A DNA stretch of 64,000 nucleotides from a virus, in the IMG/VR virus record IMGVR_UViG_3300047548_001372, positions 21,329-85,328 of that record. The stretch is one strand, 5' to 3'. The notes below the pieces were generated by a model. That model was not told the origin of the DNA, ran no database searches, and saw only the letters and a list, made by a program, of their open reading frames with translations. A program made the position numbers and the translations under genes. Shown here piece by piece: positions 29,315-38,495 of this stretch. How positions within the stretch are numbered: the first letter of the stretch is position 1; each line of letters opens with the position of its first letter.

Positions 29315-30949
29315 TTATACAATTTTACGTAATGCTTCAGCTAATGAAGCATGCGTGATAAGTGATTCGGTAAAGATTGGTTCTGGAATTGGTTGATGGA
29401 TGGATGCTTGTGATTTACTTTTATCCCGCGCATAATCACGAACATACTGTTCAAATACGCGGTCTGTCATCTCAAGAATGACTTCTTCGCGCTCAGCCCA
29501 TTCAGCTTCGCGCATTACGACACCAGCCGAACTAAGTTGCTGTTTGCGTTGAACGATAAGCAATGCCTTTCGTTCTGCTTCTGCTTTTACTCGTTCAATC
29601 TCTGCGAGGGTGAATTGTGCTTTATGTAGATCTTCGCGCACATTTACAAGCTCAGCTTGTGACTTACTAAGCTCTTGCTGAAGTGATGTAATTCGCTGAA
29701 CAAGATCTTGTAAACTTGCAGAAAATGATTCAGCAAAGGGCTTCATATCTATGTACTTCTTTTTGTTCTTTTTGTAGGCTTCTACCTCTGGTAGTAAATT
29801 ATCAAATACGCCTACCATGGATGTTTGAAGCTGATTCATCATCATAAAAAACAATTCAATAAGTGCTTCAAACTCTTCTTCTAATGGATCTTCCATATCA
29901 TTTTCAGGCATAGCACCAGGCATATCACCTGAATATGGTTCATCCATACTTGATTCTGCTTCAAGTACAGGATCTACATTTTGATCTTCAATAATACCTT
30001 TTGTAGTATCTTCAGTAGTATTTGACATTGCTTCACTTTTTGGTTCTTCACTTTGGCTTTCTGCCCAACTCATTGCACGTCGTGAGCTGGTAGAAGATCC
30101 ACCACCCCAGAGCGCGTGAGCAACAACACCAGGTGAAGGATAATCTTTGTGTCCAGGCTTTGCAGACGGAGCAGTAAGATCAACCATGTGACGAGCAAAC
30201 CATGCAGCCATACGTTTTGCTTTATCACGACTAATTGATCCAGAAGCCATCTGCCTTGCTTCACGCACAGTTTGTGCTGTTACTCCACCTCCGGATTTTC
30301 CTTCCTCGTGCCATTTTAATCCACGCCGCGCATTATTTCTAATCCATTGAGGAACACTTACTGCTGCAACTTCATGCTCTTGTTCAGCTTCTTGTTCAAT
30401 ATTTTGCTCTTTCTTTGCAATAGTTTCTGCAATAGCAAGAATACGTGTTCTGTTTGGGCCATATGCGGGGGTATCAACAATACACGTTCCAGCAAGGATA
30501 CAATCACTTAACCACTCAACACCAGATTCATCTACCGTTGAATCGCTGTGATAGATCTCCCAAGATGTTCCAACACCTTCAGCAAACATTTCTTTAAGAT
30601 AAGTAGCAATATCGGAATGATCTTCTGTCCAAATAACTGCTTCCCCTTTTACTACTTCCCGCCCATTATCGGTATCTTCATATACTCGTACAATTGGGCC
30701 TAAAGGGATTGCTCCAGAATGACCATGAAATTGCTCACCATCAAAGTTAATGCGAAGCGGCATGTTTAATGCAGATCGCATAATGTTTGCTTTTTCACGT
30801 AATGGAATAGCTTGATTGTTAATGTTTGGCTCAAAGTCGGTAAGAATAAGCCCTACTCTTGTCTGTAGTGGGTTGTTTGATTCACTCACTGCGGCTGATG
30901 ATTGAATATACCCACGAGCGAGTGCTTTATGCACTCTGGCTTCTGTCAT
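29315..30949 (-). CDS. Prohead protease-scaffold fusion with an inserted domain
   Basis: N-terminal protease-like region (FHGH, GTSWEI, CIVDTPAY); middle NARRGL...KRMAAWFARH...HALWGG domain; acidic linker and coiled-coil C-terminus. Confidence 0.75.
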   Translation of the reverse strand: MTEARVHKALARGYIQSSAAVSESNNPLQTRVGLILTDFEPNINNQAIPLREKANIMRSALNMPLRINFDGEQFHGHSGAIPLGPIVRVYEDTDNGREVVKGEAVIWTEDHSDIATYLKEMFAEGVGTSWEIYHSDSTVDESGVEWLSDCILAGTCIVDTPAYGPNRTRILAIAETIAKKEQNIEQEAEQEHEVAAVSVPQWIRNNARRGLKWHEEGKSGGGVTAQTVREARQMASGSISRDKAKRMAAWFARHMVDLTAPSAKPGHKDYPSPGVVAHALWGGGSSTSSRRAMSWAESQSEEPKSEAMSNTTEDTTKGIIEDQNVDPVLEAESSMDEPYSGDMPGAMPENDMEDPLEEEFEALIELFFMMMNQLQTSMVGVFDNLLPEVEAYKKNKKKYIDMKPFAESFSASLQDLVQRITSLQQELSKSQAELVNVREDLHKAQFTLAEIERVKAEAERKALLIVQRKQQLSSAGVVMREAEWAEREEVILEMTDRVFEQYVRDYARDKSKSQASIHQPIPEPIFTESLITHASLAEALRKIV

Positions 30950-30974
30950 AGCACACCCCTTGAGATAAAAAGTA

Positions 30975-31005
30975 TCTCTATATAATATGTAATAGTTTTT
31001 TCACA
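30975..31005 (-). promoter_or_regulatory. Candidate late promoter/regulatory motif upstream of the head-tail operon
   Basis: TGTGAAAAAACTATTAC, identical 17-mer at 32226-32210 (minus); no sigma70 promoter seen here. Confidence 0.5.
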
Positions 31006-31008
31006 AAA

Positions 31009-31782
31009 TTAAAATACCGTACTACAGATACCAACACATTCAGTACTTGGATCGTAAGAAAATAAATCTAATTGAAGTGATTCATTTTCTATCTGAATAC
31101 GTAAATCTTCTAAACTCATTGATGAGTGAAATGTACACTTTTTTCCAACTTCTTTAGAAAACTGTTTTTCTACTCGTTCTCTTTCTGCATATACTTCTGG
31201 AAGTGTTTTATAGAGATGTTTCCAACTGTTTATACCTTGGCGCACACATCCACCAGCACAATTGTTATGAGTAAAACCTAATTTGTATAATAAAGGTTGT
31301 TCAATATTTGCATCTTTAAGAAATTGATCTATCTGTTTATCAGTAACATTTTCAGTTATTAAAGGAAAGCGTAAGTAACATGGTTTATTATTTCTAGCAG
31401 AAAGAGAAGCGTATACATCTGTTATTCTTTTTGCACGATGTGATTCGTGCGGGGCAATACCAAAAACAAGAATATCATGTGGTTGATAGAACTCCTGTAA
31501 TCTCTTACCTTTTAACGTTGAAGAGCAGAATGGATGACGATCTGAACCAAGCATACCTTGCTCAAAGAAAAGATCTTCAGGAGTCCTACCATCTACATCA
31601 TATATAATTTCTTTAGTAAAGTACGTAGAAAGATCTTGTAAAAATCGATATAGATCACTGTGTTCCCATTTTGTATCGTTAAAATACAGAATAACAGAAT
31701 CTTTAGGATAGGTCTTTAATGCCCAGTCTGCACACCATGCACTTGCTTTTCCTCCACTAAGTGCGACGATAACTCTTGACAT
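31009..31782 (-). CDS. PP-loop (PAPS reductase-like) protein with Cys clusters
   Basis: VALSGGKAS PP-loop, FNDT..EH, FCS..LK, HNNCAGGC, C-terminal ECVGIC. Confidence 0.8.
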   Translation of the reverse strand: MSRVIVALSGGKASAWCADWALKTYPKDSVILYFNDTKWEHSDLYRFLQDLSTYFTKEIIYDVDGRTPEDLFFEQGMLGSDRHPFCSSTLKGKRLQEFYQPHDILVFGIAPHESHRAKRITDVYASLSARNNKPCYLRFPLITENVTDKQIDQFLKDANIEQPLLYKLGFTHNNCAGGCVRQGINSWKHLYKTLPEVYAERERVEKQFSKEVGKKCTFHSSMSLEDLRIQIENESLQLDLFSYDPSTECVGICSTVF

Positions 31783-32183
31783 GCTTCTCCTTTAGATCGA
31801 TATTTTTTAACAATAGCGCGCACTGTTTGATAGCTTACTGGATCATCTAGTAGCTTTGCGAGGGAACGATATGATAGATTCTTATTTTTCATTCCACGCA
31901 CAACTAAATCTCTGTCTTGATCATACAGCGCTAAAATATCATTTACTATTTTCCAGGAAATAGGAGGTCTTCCATTACGTTTCTGTATTTCTATTAAATT
32001 ACCAGTATGATCAGTATAAAGAGAATAACATTCTTTTTGATCAATTGCTTGTTGTACATTATCCATACGCAATAAACTAGTAAACCATGATTCTTTCATT
32101 GAATTACCGTATTGAAGAAAACACGATTTACACAACTTCATCTTTGGTGCAATCTTTGTAGTACAAAGAATACATGTTCTCAT
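31716..32183 (-). CDS. Zn-finger + HTH protein, putative transcription regulator
   Basis: CILC-x9-CKSC; GRPP; LSYRSLAKLLDDPVSYQTVRAIV helix-turn-helix. Confidence 0.65.
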   Translation of the reverse strand: MRTCILCTTKIAPKMKLCKSCFLQYGNSMKESWFTSLLRMDNVQQAIDQKECYSLYTDHTGNLIEIQKRNGRPPISWKIVNDILALYDQDRDLVVRGMKNKNLSYRSLAKLLDDPVSYQTVRAIVKKYRSKGEACQELSSHLVEEKQVHGVQTGH

Positions 32184-32267
32184 AGAGAAACTCCTTTACA
32201 TGTATATAAGTAATAGTTTTTTCACACTTTTGTAGATACTTTTGCGCGCAAAAAGTATTACCCAGAT

Positions 32268-32296
32268 AGTATACCACAAAATACTATAGTTGTCAA
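32268..32296 (-). promoter_or_regulatory. Sigma70/SigA promoter (leftward)
   Basis: TTGACA-17 nt-TATACT with extended TG. Confidence 0.85.
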
Positions 32297-32770
32297 CTAC
32301 TGCGTATTTTTAAAAACTCTTTACACTCTACCAGAAAGTTATCTGGTAAGCTACCCAGTAAGCTACCAGGTATTATTTATGTATTTTTTTTTATATGCTT
32401 TCTGTACATGCTCTCTGTATATTCTTTCTGGTTATTCTTTCTGTATATAGCTATCTGGATGATCATGTATATAGTATATAATATATACGCGCACACGCAT
32501 GAGGGCATTATGTAAAGTTTTAATAGTGTGCGTGTTGATAAAAACTATCAATTATAGGCATATGCCCCTGTAAGCTCGTAGGAGCCATTCTCAGGCACTT
32601 TAGGTAAAAACCCTAGTCAGGGTACCAAAAGCATCTTTCCGTCGCTCCTAGACCCCTTGTAGGCCCTCACAGAAGCATTGTAGAATATTGATAGTTGTCG
32701 GAGTAATTTGATGGATGGTTTTTGAGATAATTCACTCACCCGCACATAAAAATAGGGGAAAATTACCCTA

Positions 32771-32799
32771 TTGACATTTGTCTATGTGCGTGCTATAAT
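32771..32799 (+). promoter_or_regulatory. Consensus sigma70/SigA promoter (rightward)
   Basis: TTGACA-17 nt-TATAAT with extended TG; AAGGAGGT RBS downstream. Confidence 0.92.
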
Positions 32800-32831
32800 A
32801 AAACCTGAAAGCAACAAACAAAGGAGGTGAT

Positions 32832-33173
32832 ATGGTACGAATTAAAGTTGCATCAAAAGAGTTCTATATCCCAAAAGAAATTATGTTCTACCCAGATCAA
32901 ATCCTTGATGAACGTACAAATATGTGGAGGATTTCATTTAATAGCGTCACAGAGCCTAGCTTGACTCAAACAATAGCAAACTTTGCAGCAAGTCTTAATT
33001 ATAAGACAACACAAGTTGTTATTAATAGTCCAACCACTACAGTAAAGTATTACAATGTTACGATTTCTGTTGTTCGTGATACCGTATTGTTTGTAGATTT
33101 TGAAACAGAAGCTAAGCCATCAAATGTTGTTGTATCATTTAAATCAAAGCAGCAACATGCGGGGGTAGTGTAA
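32832..33173 (+). CDS. Hypothetical protein
   Basis: 113 aa, AAGGAGGTG RBS. Confidence 0.8.
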   Translation: MVRIKVASKEFYIPKEIMFYPDQILDERTNMWRISFNSVTEPSLTQTIANFAASLNYKTTQVVINSPTTTVKYYNVTISVVRDTVLFVDFETEAKPSNVVVSFKSKQQHAGVV

Positions 33174-33194
33174 AACAATAATAAGGAGTATCGT

Positions 33195-33818
33195 ATGAAG
33201 ATCAGTGACTACCCAACCCTAGCTATGCGAACCGCAGTATATCCTAAAGAGCATAGCTTGAGCTATCCAATTCTTGGACTTATCAGTGAGCTTACCGAAC
33301 TACATGACAAGGCTTCACAGACTACGCCAAAGTATGCACAACACAATACACTTATCCGTGACAACATCCGTGCTGAACTTGGTGATGTGTATTGGTACAT
33401 GGCTGCTATCTGTGTTCATTTTGATTGGAAGTTTGAAGAGCTTATTGATCCCGCGCACATGTCAAACACTGGATATAATGCAAACTTCTATCTTCCTGAT
33501 ACTTATCTGCTTGGGCATATTGGAGATCTTGCTGGTAAAGCAAAGAAACTATTGCGCGGCGATTATACTCCCTATTCTGGAGCAGAAGATTACATCTGGC
33601 GATCACTACGATCCATTCACACTATTCTACTTGAGTGGATGTTGTACTTGTGTATTGATGAAGATCTGCCAGAAGCACCGCGAGATCTCTTTCCTGAGTC
33701 AAGCGTATGGCTCACTCGTGACTATGCGCTTATTTACGCAACATTGAATGAGAATATCGCAAAGCTATCACAGCGTCTAGATCGTGGAACCATTCAGGGT
33801 GATGGAGATAATCGGTAA
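33195..33818 (+). CDS. mazG: MazG-like NTP pyrophosphohydrolase
   Basis: TAVYP...LGLISE..E...ELGDVYWY and C-terminal NIAKLSQR..RGTIQGDGDNR; internally duplicated half-domain. Confidence 0.85.
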   Translation: MKISDYPTLAMRTAVYPKEHSLSYPILGLISELTELHDKASQTTPKYAQHNTLIRDNIRAELGDVYWYMAAICVHFDWKFEELIDPAHMSNTGYNANFYLPDTYLLGHIGDLAGKAKKLLRGDYTPYSGAEDYIWRSLRSIHTILLEWMLYLCIDEDLPEAPRDLFPESSVWLTRDYALIYATLNENIAKLSQRLDRGTIQGDGDNR

Positions 33819-33915
33819 CTATTGTGCGCGTGAACATTAACAACTACATATTATGTAAATAGGAGTGTGAAAAAAGTATATCCTATATATACAGGATAAA
33901 CAAGTACGTATGGAT

Positions 33916-33948
33916 GTTGGGCATATGAAAATATGCCCAACTATTTTT
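33916..33948 (+). terminator. Intrinsic terminator
   Basis: GTTGGGCATAT-GAAA-ATATGCCCAAC-TATTTTT. Confidence 0.8.
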
Positions 33949-33949
33949 C

Positions 33950-34309
33950 ATGAAAGGGATGATCATGCAATACCTCTTAATTAATAACGCGAGCGTGCTA
34001 AAACAGATTGGCGATGGTATTCTTGTGCGCTACTCTGTTTCTGCGTATGAAGGATCTCCTACAATTACGAATAGTGATTATTCTTCTGGTTTGTTTTTAG
34101 GTGATTATGACTTAGTTATTCTTGTGCGCGCACAAGATACTACAGAAATGATCAAAAATGCACTTATTGCTGCATTTCAAGCAATCACTATTTCTAACGA
34201 CAAAGCACTTGCATTACGCGGTCAGCGTGTGGATTGTTTGCTTACTGAAACTGCAAAACCTAAGCTACCAAATTACACATTAAGTTATGGTGATAGTAAT
34301 GTCAGTTAA
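33950..34309 (+). CDS. Hypothetical protein
   Basis: 119-aa ORF in the operon. Confidence 0.65.
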   Translation: MKGMIMQYLLINNASVLKQIGDGILVRYSVSAYEGSPTITNSDYSSGLFLGDYDLVILVRAQDTTEMIKNALIAAFQAITISNDKALALRGQRVDCLLTETAKPKLPNYTLSYGDSNVS

Positions 34310-34640
34310 AACGCTACCAAACCTTCGCGCATATTCTGTACGTAATGCAATTGTTGCTATGACAGATTTTACGTACAAACATCGTCGTGTTGGAGTATTG
34401 TGGGTAGATAAAGATACTCACAAAAGCCTACAAGATTACTACGTAGGAGTAGTGTGCGCGAATGATAATACAGAGGCAATTCTTCACTTCATGATTAACA
34501 CCAACGCTATTACAACATATGGGAAGGAGTATGTATTTGATGAACTAGTATTTTATTTTGAAAATTATCATCATCAACTTCCAAAAATGTGTATATGGGA
34601 TAATGATTCTTATTGTATTATTGATGAGTATGAGCAATGA
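34299..34640 (+). CDS. Hypothetical protein
   Basis: ORF overlapping both neighbours (ATGA coupling to the MTase). Confidence 0.65.
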   Translation: MSVKTLPNLRAYSVRNAIVAMTDFTYKHRRVGVLWVDKDTHKSLQDYYVGVVCANDNTEAILHFMINTNAITTYGKEYVFDELVFYFENYHHQLPKMCIWDNDSYCIIDEYEQ

Positions 34641-35434
34641 TTACATTACACCACAAAGACTGTCTAGAAATACTAAAAACACTACCAAATGCAAGTATTG
34701 ATGCAGTAATTACCGATCCTCCATATCTTACTACTGATTTACACTTTGATAAAGCGGGTAATGCGTTACCTAATCCTCTACAATGGATTCATGAGCTTCT
34801 ACGAGTAGTTAAACCAAATGGCTATTTAGCACTCTTTTCACCAGTAGAAGTACAAGCACAAGTTGCACAGATTTGGTCAATGCGCTTTAGTGGGGCTTGG
34901 GTAAAACCAGCTGGCTCTATGCGTACACACTCAGCAAAGAAGCCTATGAACCAATGGGAATTATACTGCGTTTTTGCTCATCCAAAACATAAAGTATCAG
35001 AGTTAACTTGGAATAAAGCAATGTATCCAGCAAAACCATATAAGAAAGTAAAAAGAAACCTTGGTTATAAGCGTGATGGAAAAGATCAACTAGATCGCTC
35101 TGATACTTCTGCTTGGACAAAGGAAGGATATGTAGTAGAAAATAATGGTACAAGGTACTACACTGATACGCTTTTTGGTGGTCAGAAAGCCTATATGCCA
35201 ATGGCAGAACGTACTATTCATCCTACACAGAAACCAATTGCAGTAGTAGAAGTACTTGTACAGTGGTTAACGAATACTGGTGAAACAGTACTTGATCCGT
35301 TTATGGGGTCTGGTACTACAGGAGTTGCTGCAAAGAAGTTTGATCGTCAGTTTATTGGTGTGGAATGTAATCATGAGTATTTTTGTATTGCGAGAGATCG
35401 TATTGAGAGTTATACTGTGCGCGCACAAGAATAA
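34637..35434 (+). CDS. DNA methyltransferase (N6A/N4C, beta class)
   Basis: TDPPY, HPTQKP, LDPFMGSGTTG. Confidence 0.93.
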   Translation: MITLHHKDCLEILKTLPNASIDAVITDPPYLTTDLHFDKAGNALPNPLQWIHELLRVVKPNGYLALFSPVEVQAQVAQIWSMRFSGAWVKPAGSMRTHSAKKPMNQWELYCVFAHPKHKVSELTWNKAMYPAKPYKKVKRNLGYKRDGKDQLDRSDTSAWTKEGYVVENNGTRYYTDTLFGGQKAYMPMAERTIHPTQKPIAVVEVLVQWLTNTGETVLDPFMGSGTTGVAAKKFDRQFIGVECNHEYFCIARDRIESYTVRAQE

Positions 35435-35445
35435 GGGGAAATTAC

Positions 35446-36639
35446 ATGTCAACATTTAGTGATACTATTTTAGCTCATAAGTATTTAAACAAAGATCTTG
35501 GTGAAACATCATGGGATGATGTTGCTCGTCGTGTTGCTTGGGAGGTTGTGGGGAAGAATTATCCGAGGGCTTACAAGGAAATCTACCAGATTATTAAAGA
35601 TAAGAAGTTTATTCCTGGTGGACGTTACCTGTATGCTGCTGGACGTCCGTATCATCAGACACAAAACTGTTTTGCTGCTGAAACACGTGTTCCATTTTAT
35701 GAAAATAGTCAATTCTGTGTAAAAACTGCACCAATTAAAGATCTTGTGGGAAAGCCAGATCTAGTGATTATGACAACTGATGGCAAGTGGACACAGGCAG
35801 AGATTAAGTCATTTGGTGTGCAAAAGCTCTCAAAGATTACACTACAACGACAGATTAACATTTATATGATTTCTGATGGTGGTACGTTGGAGACGTATGA
35901 AGAGAAAGTGATTTATGCCACACCTGGTCATTCTTGGCGTGTGCGGGCTGTAAACACAGATACCAAAGAAGTAAAGAAGCAAGAAGTACAGACAAAGCAT
36001 TTGAAGCCTAAGATGGAATTGTGGGATGTATATGATCGCGCACATCGTTGGGCTGTGATGTCTGTAGAAAAGACAGATCGCGAAGAGGAAGTATTTTGCG
36101 CGGTAGTAGAAAATACTCATGAGTTTGTCATTGAAGGAGATATTCTCACAGGAAACTGTCTACTTCTTGATGTAGAAGATACTCGTCAAGCATGGGCTGA
36201 TCTCTCTCGCAGATCGGTAGAAGGTCTTTCTACTGGTGCTGGTATTGGTGTGGTGTATTCAAAGATCCGCCCAAATGGAAGCCCTATCCGTGGTATGGGT
36301 GGTAAGGCTACTGGCCCTATTGCATTGATGCAGATGATCAATGAGCTTGGTAGGCATATTCAGCAGGGTGGAAGTAGGCGGTCGGCTCTTTGGGCTGGGC
36401 TTCACTGGAACCATGCAGATGTTCATGATTTTATTGCATTGAAGAATTGGATTCCTGAAGTGCGTGCGCTAAAGGAACAAGATTTTAATTTCCCCGCACC
36501 AATGGATGGTACGAACATTAGTGTTATTCTTGATGATGATTTCTTCAAAGCATATCATGATACCAATAATCCACAACATGTTCATGCGCATGATGTGCAT
36601 AAGAAGGTTGTGAGGAGTATGCTGAAGACTGGCGAGCCT
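35446..36639 (+). CDS. nrdJ: Class II (B12-dependent) ribonucleotide reductase, exon 1 (contains intein)
   Basis: FIPGGRYL, QN[intein]CLLL, GAGIG, QGGSRRSA, TNISV, ends TGEP. Confidence 0.9.
35668..36156 (+). mobile_element. Mini-intein (163 aa) in RNR
   Basis: Starts CFAAET, block B ATPGHSW, block F EEVFCAVV, ends ILTGN before +1 Cys; no endonuclease domain. Confidence 0.92.
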
Positions 36640-37520
36640 AAATTCTGGGCCATTGTTAAGTAATTAACATTGTAAACTAATCTAAAAACGGTGAAAATCC
36701 TACTGGGAAAACACCGTGCTAATCCGATATGGAAAGCGTAACGACTATGATAGCTAATAAAAAAGAGTTCACCAAACTTGTATCGTCGTTTGTGTTGGGT
36801 GACGGATATTTGTCTACCACAAAGTCTTACTATCTTGTTGAACAGCGTACTGTAGAGCGTTCGCAATATAACAGAAAGAAGAACTCTGCTTATCGGTTAA
36901 AGCAGTTAAAAGTTCATCAAGATTATGTGGAGTGGCAAGTATCTATTTTGGAAGAGCTTACATCTGTACACTTGGTAGTGGTTCCACACAGTGTAGACAG
37001 CCGTGGACATAATTCTAATGAAAGATATCAACTGTCTACAAAAACACATCCATTCTACACAGCAATGCGCGAGCGATTGTATAACAGTGGTGTCAAGCAG
37101 TTAGATCCACATTATCTAAAACTGTTTGACTGGCAATCAGCAGCAATTCTGTATATGGATGATGGTTGGATTGATGTAGAACCAAGGCTAACAAAAGAAA
37201 CATATGTGCGGGCTAGTATAGCTTCTCACAGTTACACCTATGCAGAAAACCTTTTACTTAAGCAAGTACTAAAAGAGAAGCTAGGTATTGAGTTTAATGT
37301 ACGACGTCACAAACAACGATCTGGTGAATACAAGTGGTACTTGGAAGCTAAAAAAGATCACGCAAAGCGGTTTCTTTCTGGTATAGAAAGATACGTATTT
37401 CCAAGTTTTTATTATAAGCTGTCGTATGATTAGCTCCTACTATAGCGTAGGATGGTGATATAGTCTCATCTGTATGGTAACATGCAGGTATAGTTGGAAA
37501 CTTCTATACATAAGATTTTG
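36640..37520 (+). mobile_element. Group I intron in RNR
   Basis: 5' exon ends GCCU, IGS GGGC; P10 AAAUUC/GGAUUU; P3 CUAAUC/GAUUAG; P7 GACUA (36743) / UAGUC (37461); P8 UCCUAC/GUAGGA; terminal G at 37520; splicing restores GEP|GF. Confidence 0.93.
36747..37433 (+). CDS. Intron-encoded LAGLIDADG (type 2) homing endonuclease
   Basis: SFVLGDGYL and AILYMDDG motifs; start at 36747 or 36729. Confidence 0.9.
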   Translation: MIANKKEFTKLVSSFVLGDGYLSTTKSYYLVEQRTVERSQYNRKKNSAYRLKQLKVHQDYVEWQVSILEELTSVHLVVVPHSVDSRGHNSNERYQLSTKTHPFYTAMRERLYNSGVKQLDPHYLKLFDWQSAAILYMDDGWIDVEPRLTKETYVRASIASHSYTYAENLLLKQVLKEKLGIEFNVRRHKQRSGEYKWYLEAKKDHAKRFLSGIERYVFPSFYYKLSYD

Positions 37521-38432
37521 GGATTTAGCATTGACGTTGGTAAGAATGCAGGTGAGCATCTTCGGAACGCTTGCACCGAGGTAACAAGTGCTGATGATTC
37601 AGATGTCTGTAACATTAGCTCTATCAATCTTGCTCGTATTGAAACACTGGATGAGTTTAAGCATGTAGTCAATCTTGCAATGATCTTCCTACTCTGCGGT
37701 ACCTTATACAGTAAAGTACCATTTGCAGAAGTTGCAGCAACACGTGAGAAGAATAGACGTCTTGGATTAGGTTTGATGGGCATGCATGAATGGCTTCTTG
37801 TGCGCGGGAAGAAGTATGGCCCAGATCCAGAATTAGCCACATGGCTAGAACACTACGCTACATCAACAGACATTGCAGCAGGATATGCTGATGAACTTGG
37901 TATCAGCCGTTCGGTAAAGACACGGGCTATTGCTCCAACAGGCACCATTAGTATTATTGCAGAAACAACATCTGGTATCGAACCATTGTTCTGCTCTGCA
38001 TTTAAGCGCCGATACTTGAAGGGAAATACCTGGCATTACCAATATGTGGTCGATGCAACAGCACAGCGTATTATTGAGCGTGGTGTTGATCCTGATAGCA
38101 TTGAAGACGCATACTCACTGGCAAATGATGTAGAACGTCGATTGGCATTCCAGTCGTTTGTACAGCAGTATGTTGACCACGGTATTTCTAGTACGATCAA
38201 TCTTCCTGCTTGGGGAAGTGATTTGAATAACGAAACACGGGTTGACTCATTCGCTGATATGTTGATGAAGTACCTTCCAACACTGCGCGGTATTACGACG
38301 TATCCTGATGGTGCTCGTGGTGGGCAGCCGTTGGTAGCAGTACCATATCGTGAAGCAGTGAATCAAACTGGTACTGAGTTTATTGAGTATGGGAATGAGA
38401 ATGCGTGTGTAAGTGGGGTGTGTGGGATTTAG
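37521..38432 (+). CDS. nrdJ: Class II ribonucleotide reductase, exon 2
   Basis: LRNACTE, CNISSINL, RRLGLG, AIAPTGTIS, DHGISSTINLP, C-terminal CVSGVC. Confidence 0.92.
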   Translation, partial: GFSIDVGKNAGEHLRNACTEVTSADDSDVCNISSINLARIETLDEFKHVVNLAMIFLLCGTLYSKVPFAEVAATREKNRRLGLGLMGMHEWLLVRGKKYGPDPELATWLEHYATSTDIAAGYADELGISRSVKTRAIAPTGTISIIAETTSGIEPLFCSAFKRRYLKGNTWHYQYVVDATAQRIIERGVDPDSIEDAYSLANDVERRLAFQSFVQQYVDHGISSTINLPAWGSDLNNETRVDSFADMLMKYLPTLRGITTYPDGARGGQPLVAVPYREAVNQTGTEFIEYGNENACVSGVCGI

Positions 38433-38441
38433 GGTTATACT

Positions 38442-38478
38442 ATTGGCGCACACAGGAATATAACTTGTGTGCGCCAAT
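38442..38478. repeat. Inverted repeat / hairpin after RNR
   Basis: ATTGGCGCACACA...TGTGTGCGCCAAT. Confidence 0.8.
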
Positions 38479-38495
38479 TCATACAAGGAAAACCA

